From assembly GCF_964355755.1 (NCBI RefSeq), contig NC_092679.1, positions 14,615,432-14,679,431 on the forward strand: 64,000 nucleotides of DNA, given 5' to 3'. The position numbers and the translations under genes were made by a program. Of this stretch, positions 39,647 to 51,900 are shown one piece after another (within the stretch, counting starts at the first letter, position 1; every line of letters starts with the position of its first letter). Origin of the DNA: Antedon mediterranea (lineage: Eukaryota; Animalia; Echinodermata). Below the pieces are notes generated by a model. It made no database searches. It saw nothing but the letters and a program-made list of their open reading frames with translations, and was not told where the DNA came from.

Positions 39647-39819
39647 CTGTGGAAACATACATTTTAAATATAAAATATTCCCATACTTGAAATATAATAA
39701 TAAATAATGTATTGACCTATTTTAAAGAATATATAATGGAAACACAACATTGTATTTATATATTATCATTTAGGAAAATACATTTTAAAGGTGTTTCTCT
39801 TAGTGTGATGCTTAACTTA

Positions 39820-40200
39820 AGTGAAATAAGAAGGCAGAGTCACATGTGAATGGTGAATACACCCACTGAATGGTTTTTGTACGAGAACAGGACCATATCC
39901 GCAATAGCATTCATAGCGCTGTGGACTATAGATGTTACAAATTTTCAACAACGATTTTCTCTCCAAAAGGTTATGTCACCGGTTGCCAATTATGGCGCCC
40001 TTGCGTCTGTCCACGAGTTTACATCAGGGTAGCCCCCTACTCGTCTCAAAACTAGGTTCTTCAAAGTGCACACAAGCATTATTGTGGACCTCAGTTTACA
40101 AGAAGACTCATTCTACTACCAGAACCATGGAGAGAGTGAGCCTCAAACCGTTGCCATAAGGCAATAGATTACGATTCCACTGTCTTAAAGGCTCAACCAC
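39820..40200 (-). mobile_element. tRNA-derived SINE
   Basis: GC-richer island; minus-strand head gtggttgagc...ggtttgaggctc with A/B-box-like motifs; homologous to 44367..44460. Confidence 0.65.
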
Positions 40201-40262
40201 TTACTCACACAAAGGAGTGTAGAACAAGAAAGTGAATACTTATTGAATTTAAAACAACAAAC

Positions 40263-40405
40263 CTGTGTGAAGTTGATGGTAAAGATAGCATGTGATCTGC
40301 TACTTGCATCGTGCATGTGAGTTGCTGCAGTAGTCCGGTTAACGTTGCCTCGTTCTATAAGATCACGTACAGAAGTGTGGTCTCCTACTAAATGCTTAGA
40401 AAGAT
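40263..40405 (-). CDS. STARD9: Motor exon with switch I: DLSKHLV...RTTAATHMHDASSRSHAIFTINFTQ
   Basis: ttttag acceptor, CAG|gtttgt donor, 143 nt. Confidence 0.97.
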
Positions 40406-40741
40406 CTAAAACATTTAAAAATATAAAAAGTATTAATGTTTATCAAATCATTGTTTTGAAAGCTGAAAACTTCTCAACAATTCCTGTGCTGAAAATATTA
40501 GTATTTCATTTTTTATAATAATACATAAATAATTTTTTCTCAGGTTGTTGCAATGGCCAATTATTGAATCATTTACATCTAACATGAAATCATTAAATGC
40601 TTATATGGCAAGAATTGACTTTAGACTGCACTTTTTTTCTTTCTTTCTTTAACTGACTTTATTAATAACTTCTGATGCCATGGACAACGACAGTTGAATG
40701 GTAATCAATTCATGCAATAGTGAGGAGCAACAAATCAATAC

Positions 40742-40851
40742 CTTGTACGTAAGGTCCATCTTTTGGGTGTTCTCGTACTTTCAAAGTGTACTGTGAGAGG
40801 TCTTCAGGAGCCAACAGGTCGCGAACTCTTTCATTATAAATTTCAAGATAG
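40742..40851 (-). CDS. STARD9: Motor exon [13 protein letters not shown]...[14 protein letters not shown]
   Basis: ttttcag acceptor, G|gtattg donor, 110 nt. Confidence 0.97.
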
Positions 40852-41360
40852 CTGAAAAACATGATAGATAATACTTCAATGGTGTAATGTTAAAGAATAT
40901 CAGACGAGTAATTGAGAGTCATGTTTTTTAAATCAATCGGTGCAATATTGCTTGTATTAGAGGCATGGTGCTTTAATATCTCACTGCCTCTTCCTCCAGA
41001 TTGGACGTAAAATCATTGTATATATTGTGTATTGTGTACAAATATGTACAATAAAGAACTTGGTATACTAAGAGTAGGAAAGCTACTCCGGTGTGCTGGT
41101 CATGGTCCTGTACTAAGCCATCAGGAGAAGAGTCTCGTACTGGAGAGATTATCCAGAAAGAAGAAATAAATGAATCAAAATCCCTGTTATGCAAAATGGT
41201 TGAACCCATGATATTATTATTACTATTCTAATTGATCTCAAATTAAGTGTGAACAAGTAGTTAACTGTTATATCAAATATCAGATATTGTTTCTCATTAT
41301 TCTAAAATGAAGTTGGCCTTGTGTATGCATATCTGGCCTTATTTGCTAATGTGTACCAAC

Positions 41361-41452
41361 CTGACTTCAATCTGGCATGTAATATCTTCAGCAAAGTCAT
41401 CGACACGGCTGCATAATCCATCACAAATACGGGGTATCAGGCCTAAATCATC
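41361..41452 (-). CDS. STARD9: Motor exon DDLGLIPRICDGLCSRVDDFAEDITCQIEVS
   Basis: ttacag acceptor, AG|gttggt donor, 92 nt, kinesin GLIPR motif. Confidence 0.95.
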
Positions 41453-43527
41453 CTGTAAGAAGAAAAAGGATCTCAAAATGTACAAAACATTATTGAATTT
41501 TTCTGATCATTTTCTATCCACGGGTGTCATAATTAATCAAATTTACTGCAAGTTGATGAAGAAGATGCATATTCAGTTAAAAACATCAAACATCGGATTT
41601 AGGCTAAATAAAAAATATGAAAAACCAAGAAATTCTTGCCTTTTTTTGGCTTTGTGTACTCTGGAATTTAGAAATACAGTAGGTAAATGGGAAAATTTCA
41701 ACAATAAAATTTATTATAAATTTATTACACATACTTTACAGTTATTTAAATTTTATTACAATTCATATGATTGCTATGGTACAACATAATACAGTGTTGA
41801 TGTTAGTTTCAATGCGCTGCATTTATTTATTACGGTACTAAAATCTATATATTTTTTTTTGTTATGTCTTGTATATACAGTAAATGTGAGATGTGCATTG
41901 ATAATCGGATTTTCTAGAAATGTCAAGTACAGTATGTGTGTAAAATATTAAAACTGTTTTTGAACAAAGCTTAGCTAGTACTGACGATTAAGATTTAAAA
42001 TATTAACTATAAATACACAAACATCTTCAAGCATCTCAATTATTAAAATTATTGTATTATGTATTCAACATTTATAAAAATTAAAGGAAAAACAAAAATT
42101 TGTATGAATTCAATGAAAACTTTTTTTATTTTTCGAGTTATACTGTATCGAGGAGAAAAGGCTATTGTTGGTTTATCTAGGTAAGCTAGGCACGAAATAG
42201 ACACAAACATTTGTATTTTTTTCATTTGTGAAAAAATTCCTAAAACATTTTTTTCTAATTTTATACTTTACTTTTTAATTTCTTTCAGTCAATTCAATAA
42301 CCACCAAGATATTCGTACATTTTGGGTTTCAAATTCATTTTGAAATAGATGACAAAATGTGGGATTTCTTTGACCCTTTGGCTTTCAAGTTTTTAATGAT
42401 TTTAAGGGAGTTTAGTTATATGTTGCCTTATTGTTGTTTGCCACTTTTTTTTTTTCAAATAAAATTCAAACAAATTTCTTTATTCATCTCATCAAAACAA
42501 GAAAAAGGAGTAAAAATGTTTAAAGAAGATTAAAGGGATCTCCACCTACACCTGTTACAACATCCATCCCTCCAGATATCTGTCTCCTACTGTAGAGTAT
42601 ACTGTAGCCTCAGTGCAACTTTAAGTTTAGACAAGACAATCAGTTGATTAATGAGTCTAGATGTAATGTTGTTAGTGTACAAATCATCAGCTAATAAGCT
42701 AACACCATGACATAACTATGTAAGGTATATACTATTAAACACCAAGAAATTCAAGGCATGTCAAGCTCACATACTAATGGATAAGAGAGTCATTTTGGAC
42801 AAGATGATGTTGGAAAAGATCAGCAAAAGTGCAGGGCCTAATATTGGAACTTCAATTATGATGCAGGTGTAATGTTCTCTCCAGGGTTAAACATATTCTC
42901 TCCCAAATCGACCACCCTCTTTATAATGAATACACTTTCCTCCCATCTAATATTCGTATCCGTCAACCTTGTAGTCGTACTAAACGATATAAGTCTTTCG
43001 TTCACCAACCGATTGCTACTTACTTATGTCTCAAGCTAATTTGCCTCTCACGGAGAAAACACCTGGATCATAATTTAAATATAATTTGTATAAATTTTGC
43101 CAAATTTGTTATTATATATACAAATTATTTTTTATAATTTTTAAATATTGCCTGTACTTTTCTATTATTTTAAACATTGTTCTTGTATTTTTTAAGATAG
43201 AAAATGCATATTATTGCACATATTATCAGCACACTTTTAATTGGAACAATGCTATTAAAAATAAATTGGCTTAAAATCTGTGTGAAAGCTGCTACTTCAA
43301 CATTACAAAGTGCTATTAAATTCTTTCAACGTTATGATTTTGTTATTCTTAATTATTAAATATTAACAATCTATAGTCTTCAATCAATGCATGTTCCAGG
43401 CATACATTATGCAAATGAGCATCTTCATGCATTAGAATATGATATTGTAAATATTTTAATTAATATGTGAATTAAGGTTATAAGTATAGGATCTATAAAT
43501 AATAAATTAATGATGGGTATCAAGTAC

Positions 43528-43738
43528 AAATTATTCCACTGCAGTTACTGCAGTAACTACAATTTTTTGTTGTACAATAAAACACGATTTCAGTTTGTTT
43601 CAATGTATTAAGCAGTATTTTTATGAACATTGTCTATTATGCTATTAGATACCCAAAAAATGCTTCCTAAATAATTGCTTAAAAGAGTTTAAAGGTTAGA
43701 AACAAAATGTTACTGCAGTAACTGTAGCAGAATAATTT
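43528..43738. mobile_element. Inverted-repeat element (MITE-like)
   Basis: aaattattccactgcagttactgcagtaac / gttactgcagtaactgtagcagaataattt; related motifs at about 46155-46290. Confidence 0.5.
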
Positions 43739-44187
43739 TATGATTATATCGATTCTTTTCATAATAAATTTTTTATATGATATTATCATGTTTTAATTAG
43801 CATACATGAATGTCATAAGTCCATAAATAATGTTTTCTAAATAATTGATTTTTATTAATAATATTATTATTTACAGATATTGATTTATAATAAATTAGTC
43901 TCAATTTTAGGATATATAATATAGTAGGTTATGAAAATTTATTATTTTAGTATACTGTATCATTGTTTAATTTTTTATGACAATCTAATATTTTCTGAAC
44001 AATGTATGGTATTCTATTTGGAAGAAGATCATGAGAATTATGACTGAATATAAATTTTCAAAATTATAAATATGGTAATATTACTAACAATTTTTTTTAT
44101 CCCAATATAGCAATTGTGTGTATTTAATTTTAAAAACTATTTTAAATAGAAAATATTATCTTTTCAGTTGTTCATGTTGGGACTTAC

Positions 44188-44304
44188 CTTAGATCCCATC
44201 ATGGTATACGTTTTACCAGATCCGGTTTGCCCATAGGCAAACAGGCAGGCATTATATCCCGCAAAAGATGCATCCAGGATTTCAGTACCAAGGTCTTGGT
44301 AAAC
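44188..44304 (-). CDS. STARD9: Motor exon with P-loop: [39 protein letters not shown]
   Basis: ttttcag acceptor, AAG|gtaagt donor, 117 nt, phase 0-0. Confidence 0.97.
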
Positions 44305-44366
44305 CTGAAAAATATAAATAATAAATATACATCAATTACAAATATAAAGGACATACTTTTAACTTT

Positions 44367-44460
44367 GTGGCTGAGCGGTTTAGACAGTGAAACCATATCC
44401 AGCCTTATGGCAAGCATTCAAGGCTCGCTCGCTTCATGGTTCTGGTAGTAAATAAGGCTC
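44367..44460 (+). mobile_element. 5' fragment of the same SINE, inverted relative to 39820..40200
   Basis: about 78% identity over about 87 nt by manual alignment (gccttatggcaa, catggttctggtagta). Confidence 0.7.
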
Positions 44461-45780
44461 GTGCATACAGTTGTACAGAAGGTTTCAAGTTCAAATCTCG
44501 GTTGGGGCAGCATTTCCTCACAGATTTCCTCATCATTGTACATTTCTAACTAAATTAATTGTTAGTATATCTAGGAGGTTGTTGTTTACTTTATCAAAAA
44601 TAGAAATGTTATAAGAGAAAAATACTGAAAGACAACCTTTACAATAAGAGATCATAGCAAAAGTGTAAATGTTGTTTGTTATAAAAGTGAATTTAATCGT
44701 TAAACAAAAGTTCACTTGAAACTATATAACACCACTTGCTTGTAATTTTAGTATTTGACTTTAAATTAGAAATGTTAATGATGTTGTATGGAAACCTACA
44801 ACAGCTAATAATCTAGGTTGTTTCCAAGACAACATAGTATAACAAAGACTTTCTGTTCAAGTTCCTATAAAATTATGTAATTAGTCACCCACATGTTGTT
44901 AATTAGAGATATATTTGGAAACGCATACAACGTGCTCTTCACTCTATTGATCATGTTCGTGCACCTGCTAAAAATAATTGAAGCAACGCTGCAATGTTTT
45001 CTTTATATAGATTTAATTAACAACCAATTGTATATATTGATAAAAATCAAATAATAATACAAGACATACTATAACAATAACAACAATATTCATTGTTACT
45101 ATATAGTTAAAGTCTAATAACTTTTGGTTCTCTTCGTTGTATGTTTCTTTGTCTTCTGACATGAGAAAATTGCACTTCTCACCCTACAGTAAATGAGTTA
45201 AATGTTATCAATAAATCAAATATAGTATTCATACAATTTAATTCGGACCATAATGACAAAGGTACAAAAAAGTCTTTGTAAACTGTAGAATATTTGTATA
45301 TAAATTTGGTTTTACCTCTTCCAACTCTTGCGTAAACAACTCTAATACTCATGATATAGTGTGTAAGTTTTATTTAGGGCAACTCTTTTTTCAATGCCAT
45401 AGATTCTATCATCTTTTTAGATATATATATAAACAGACTTGCCTCTTTTATTAAATTTTATCTAATAACTAGTTAATGTATGATACAGTATGCACTGAAG
45501 GGCAACATACTTTAAGAATACGGAAAGCTCTTGAATAAATATGTATTTAAATATTCATTATTAATACATTTATAATAGATGTTTAAATAAACATTTAATG
45601 AGGAATGCATTATTAATACATTATAATTTGACTTCAGAAATAAAAAATGCAATAAAAAAATGAGCAATTTTTAATCTTAATCAGGTAAACATCTGCCCCA
45701 ACAAAACTTGCAAAAAAATATTCAGGTTTTAGAAACAAACAAAATCAATGCAAAACAAGATGAAATTTATACTTCAAAGA

Positions 45781-45951
45781 TTCTAAGCTATAAATGGGTG
45801 TTTCTAAGCTATAAATGGGTGTTTCTAAGCTATAAATGGGTGTTTCTAAGCTATAAATGGGTGTTTCTAAGCTATAAATGGGTGTTTCTAAGCTATAAAT
45901 GGGTGTTTCTAACCTATAAATGGGTGTTTCTAAGCTATAAATGGGTGTTTC
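45781..45951. repeat. 21-bp tandem repeat x8
   Basis: ttctaagctataaatgggtgt. Confidence 0.95.
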
Positions 45952-48900
45952 TTTTGAGAAATGGAAGAACATGAGTAAATAAATTTACCATCATTCTTGT
46001 GACAACAAAAATAGGTCCATTGAAATTTATTTTTCAAAAGGCATTACCAAAAAAAAATGTATGTTTTTGGCATTAAAAAAGAATGATAATTAACCATAAA
46101 AATATCTTGATGTTTTTTATCACTGCTAAAAAAAACATACAGTCCAAAGTCAAAATTACTGCAGTACCTATATTATGTTTTTCTGTTTAACAGTTTATGC
46201 ATTTTTTTTTTTATTTTATTATTATTATTATTACACTGACTATCTCATTGTAGTGACAGTTTTTTTAATGTAGTGTCTGCAGTAACTACATTAGATTAAT
46301 ATTGAATTGATTCCTTACAAGTAGGTATGATGCAGTCATTAGAATCCATTAATTCGTGGAGGAAAGCAGTTTTAAAATAATATTATCAATAACTAATTAA
46401 TAGTAACATAAATGAGGATAACAGGATTGAAATTCGTCATCTTATGCTATGGCATAATTATAATTACTGTAAACAGTGATTGAAACATTCTGTTTACTCA
46501 GGACGTTTAGTTACCTGCAGGTATTAGCTCAGTACAAACTGTTTAAATTTGTAATCAATCATAACGTAAGATACAAACAAAAGAAGTAATTTCAAACAAA
46601 AAGTTTATTTTCATAATTAAAGCTTAGAGCAAGTCAAGTGGATTCTGTCAAGCCAACAATTACGTTTTGACAGGATTTTAAAGATTATTGTCAGAAGTTA
46701 GAAAACATTGGATGTAAAAAAATGAAAAGATGGCAAAGAAAACAGGCTGGTAAATTGTAGTGAGCCCTCTAGAAGATTGACCTACAGCTCACCTCTTCTG
46801 AAAAATTATTTATATTTAAAAATTTATGTCAAAAGCATTTTCCATTCTATATATTTTTAGAAACAGATTAAATGTTTGGGTCTACCATGAAATTATACAG
46901 TGTTATTTTATATTTTAATATACAGTACTGGATTTTATAATAAACAAACATACTGCAGTGTTTGTTGGTAGACAATTTTAAATTGAGTGCTAAATAAATA
47001 ATTAATTCAACTGAAATAAATTTTCTGGCACCACAATTGCTCTAACAATAGCATCTAGGGAAAAATAGCTGTGAAATTAAACTTATTAAAATTTAAACAA
47101 TATTAAAATATTTAATATCAAAACAATGTTTTCTCTGTGAGCAAAGAAATGGTCACAAATGGACTCAAATGAGCGTAAAAGAGCTTTCTTTTAATTAAAA
47201 AAGGAGGATGTCTATATTCTAACATTCCAATTAACTGGGAAACATGAATCTTAAAATGGTGTTAAACAAGTGTTGTATGGCACGCTAGTTAACAAACTTA
47301 ACTTGTGAAATGACCAAATAACTGGAAAGAGGGTCTTTATCTAGGTTGAGGTTTTTGTAACACTGTTAAATAGAGTGGAACGTATTATACAAAATACCAG
47401 TAAAGATATTGAGTGGAATTGATTTGATACAAAACAAGGCTGTCATGTTTGGTGTAGAGTATTATTATGTAGAAATGTACCCAACATCTGTTGATGGAAT
47501 AAGTATAGTTTATCTATCAGTAACATCACGTGAAAAAAAAATGGTAGACCGGTACTAGCAATGAATGTTTTTTTTCTTTTTAGCATTCAATGTACTTTGT
47601 TTATTTGTGTAAGTGTAATTCATTTCATTAAAAACACCATACAAACAATTACAATTGAACATTTTTTTGTATTCTATTACTGTAGTTGATGTAATTCTCT
47701 GAACCGTGTGATTGTATTTGTCTTGATCAGCTCAGTTGAGCACTGGTACATCAATTTTTGTTATAAACCAAAAAACTGATTGGCAACCATATACATATAT
47801 ACAAAGGCCAACGTCGATTCATAACTGAATTTTGTACCAATGTTGCCCTAGCAATCTCTGCCGCATTTGTCACAGATGTAGATGGTTGAATAGATAATGG
47901 AGTACATCCGCAGATAGTTTAAAGTATGTTACACTATTAGTGATATTGGTATCTTTATGGTAAGGTTTTTATCATACGAGTTAAAATTAAACTATGGTAT
48001 GCTGTCAAAATATCTATCTACTACAGATAAAGTTATCTTATCATTTTGTACTGAGGACCGACAAACACATTTGCATTCTTATCAAGTTTATCTACACTCA
48101 TGTTGGGGTAAGGTGGTCATAAGAACATGACGACCTTGTAAACATACGTTATCTCATGGCGCCAAACGTGAGGTCAACTTGCACGACACTGTTTGCCTTT
48201 TAAAGTACGTTATCCCAGCACTCAACTTTAGATATAGTAAACATTCCCATTATAAATACGAGTCTCTACGGAGTAAGTTATTTCAAAATCGACAAAAATC
48301 CACTTTACCAAATATGGTAAAAATGAAGGTTGTATACTTTTACTTCTAAAAAATCTCTTTTATTATAAGATATTTAGAACAATCAGACAAAAACATATGG
48401 CCATGCGATCAATGATGCGATGTACGGCATTTTATCAATCACTTTAGGTGATAAAATAGGGTAATGAGAATATTGAGTCAAGGGATAATACGTTAATAGT
48501 AGTTAGCATTCTCAAATAGCATCGTTTGTAAACAATGACCCAACACTGACCTTCATTAGTCTTTTTCCCAGGGTAGTGTTTAGTAATTACACAATTCGTC
48601 TATCAGTTTCATATTATGAAAATATGTAATGTACTACGCATCCAACCAGAATCATAATGTACAAATTTGGAAAAGTGTACAGGATTAGTACAATATTACT
48701 ACAACCTTTAATTACTTGAACAAGAACTATTATTTTATAACATTTATTGAAAAACGAAAACAACTTTAAAGTAAGAATATGTATGGCAAGAGAAAGTATA
48801 ATCATAAGTATAATAATTAACATTTTTAAACATATTTATTCTAAAAGTTTGGCACTATCTAATTACTAACACTAAAAATCTTATTCGATTATTACATGAT

Positions 48901-51900
48901 ACAAAAATTGCCTGCAGCCACAGTATACAGTACTATCCAATATTGAAGGTTGTGAGTTACAGGGATATACATGTAGTGTACAACATACAGTACAATAACA
49001 ATTACTGTGATATAATTGAAAATTTAAGAAAGGAATTTAAGACAAATACTCGTACATCTGTACATTTGGCATATCTGTGCTTAACTAAAAATCATTTCTT
49101 CTATTTGATTTGTTATCCTATGAAAATATTTTGCAAACTTGTTTCGTTGAGTATGTGTATTACTAAATATTAAAAATTTCGTTAAATAATCAAAGTAAGG
49201 TTACATTACGCAACAGAAAACAAATTGAATGTACGCTAAATACCAGGAAATCTTTTTGAATTTATAACATTCTTATCAAGTCACATCATATCAACATCAA
49301 CTGCACTTTGACATCTCGTTTTGAATAAACATCCCTACCACCTAGGTGTCGTTGCTATGGCAAAGCGCTAACTTAATTGGAAATCGACTCAACTCAACTT
49401 AGCACTGCATGCACATTCTAAAATAATAACATTTCACTTCTTCTGAGTTGTTATCTCATATTGCGATCATGTTTATTATGCTAAACAGGCCTATATCCAT
49501 AATTGATTCAGGTAAGCTCACAACCCCTCCCTCTCTCCTACCACACACTTTTTCTTTTTTTTTTATCTTCATATGCAAAACATAATATAAGTTTTTGGGA
49601 AAATACTGATGGTACCATCATTATGACTAAGCATTTGGAAAATACTATGATGGTGCATTATGACAAACAATACATGCCACACATCATTTTAAAGTTATGA
49701 TGTGTAGGTCTAACATCTGTCTGAGCGTAGATAAGAAGGCCTATGGTATCTGTCAGAGGCAATGTACGATCTTGTGTAGGGTCACACTGCTGCAGGCTAA
49801 GCTAGCAGCGAGAATTCTACATTCTAGCTTTTTGTACTTCAATTCATTAACAAGGCAACGATGTTTAGACTACTAGTCAATGAGTGTCGTACTATCGAAC
49901 CGGAAAAAGCCATTATAATTAATAGAACATATCGTCGTGTTTAGATTAATTGTAAATGATTGCCAAAACTATTAAACAAAAAAACATGTTACTATAAATT
50001 GTCAGCACAACCAATGTGCAATGGCTGTTGTCTATTGATGCGCTAATAACAGCAAATAACATCAATTAAAATACCAAACATATTTCTGTCTCATTATCGG
50101 CTACTACACAGGTCACTTTATAGGGGGCGTAATATGCACAAACTTGCTTTAGGGCTTTCTCCAGGGGTGTAAAAGAAAGTTTACACTATCAAATATCGGT
50201 CATCAACATTGACAAAAATAATTCATAGTTCAGGGGTATGATTTGTTTGTTGTGGTCTAGGAGTGGGTGATTCTATGCATGCTAAACAAGCAAATTGTTG
50301 AGTTTATCATACAGTACAGTTTAATAATAAAGATTGAATCGTGAATAAACGTGAGGTTTTATGTGGGTGGCTTGAGAGCTTGAGGTTAGGTTGATAGCGT
50401 GCTCCTCACGCCAGATACCTAAGAGTTGAAAAATTAACTGTACAGTATGTCAACAGTTTGGATAAGATGTACCAGTTTTAGCAAAAATGAACCCCTTAAA
50501 ATATAAAATCTACAACAATGAGGGTTTATTAGTTCTGGGAGAGGGTCTTGTTGTGTACACAATACCATGAACCTATAAAATCGTTTTACTAGGCCTACTC
50601 TTGTCAATAAAGCAACTTTTCTTTTGTTACAAATATGTTGGACTGAAGCCAATACTGAAGAGTATAGCAAATAAGAATGACAAAGATACTGAGCAACCGT
50701 TGTTTCTATAAATCAACTCCAGAGATCAATAATAAGAATTGACATCATAAACTGATGCATCACCTAATGATAACAGTAATAAATGTTCAAACAGAACATT
50801 TACTGTGAATAATGAAGAGATGTTACATACAGTAAGTAGAATCCTTAATGAGACATCTTCAGGAACCATCAAAGTGTTCCTTTAATAATGTACCCTGAAT
50901 AGCCACAATGATTTAACAATATTCTCCCTTGTTTCAGGATCTTCGACTTTTGATACACAACAGGCACAACATTTTACCAATATTCAAATAACAAATAGGC
51001 AAAAGAGAAAATAATAATATCCTGGATTTATAAAGCACCTAAGAATTAACAACATCAAATAAACAAAACCCTTGTTATTACTTTAATTTCTTTTGAATTT
51101 TAATAATATTAATTATAATTTCATCCTCATCTAACACAGCTTTTCAAACAAAGGCATGAACACTTATTTCAAGCATAGATGATGATTCACTAGTAGTTTG
51201 TATTGGAAAAAACCACTAGCTTATTGTAAAAGATCAATTAAATTGCTTGTATTGTTAAAACTACAATAGCTCTTTTATTTAAACTCTATAATTATCCTTG
51301 ACCGAATTTCAATGTTATTATTATAATAATAATTTGATCGCCTACAGTATATTTCTTATTAATAATTTGATCGTATATTTCTTATACTGAAAGAATGAAT
51401 GTTTTTCATACTACTACTAGTTATAATTTTCAAGGACAAAGTGCACACCTTTTGATAACAAATTTAATATTAATGACTATTATCACTATCAAGTATTCCA
51501 ATAAATGTTTCTCTTTATTTTTTGATTTTCCTCCTTATAACAAAAGAATAAAGTTCATTGACACCATTGTATTTGTCCCATCTAAAAACAATACAGTATT
51601 GTAATTTTTCCCTTTAATTTAATGTTATATTTAGGATCAGGAAAACAAAGTGTAATTGTACTATAACTTTCAATCATAAATGTGAAATTTGCTATGATAT
51701 GGTAATATATTATTAATATTATGTGTTTATGGACACACAATAAGAGCAACATATCAATTTTAAGTTCTACCTTGCTAAATGCTTGGAAATTGTACTTTCA
51801 TCACAATTTTCCTAAAGTCTTTTTTAAGTATGGTACGCCTATTTTATTTGCATTATTTTTCTTTAAGTGGGTCTCTCGTTAATCCAACTCTAAGCTAGTT

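Larger units (their letters stand above)
5145..44304 (-). other. STARD9: Multi-exon kinesin-3 gene, STARD9/KIF16A orthologue (5'-partial in this window)
   Basis: 24 GT-AG exons with consistent phases, total 11,478 nt. Motifs I recall as STARD9-type: switch [21 protein letters not shown], loop-12 insertion, FHA domain, giant internal exon, and C-terminal GIGETDAWL, EYLQKLRKDVV, EYQRTREQSQMEI. Confidence 0.88.

Noticed and set aside
45316-45352. ATG-MSIRVVYARVGR with a gtaaaa donor, superficially like a kinesin first exon
   Set aside because: Lacks VRVRP, ends in phase 1 while exon 44304 starts in phase 0, and there is no trace of exons 2-3
33995-45974. Repetitive ORFs at 33995..34309 and 45708..45974
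   Set aside because: Products of 54-bp and 21-bp tandem repeats whose periods are multiples of 3
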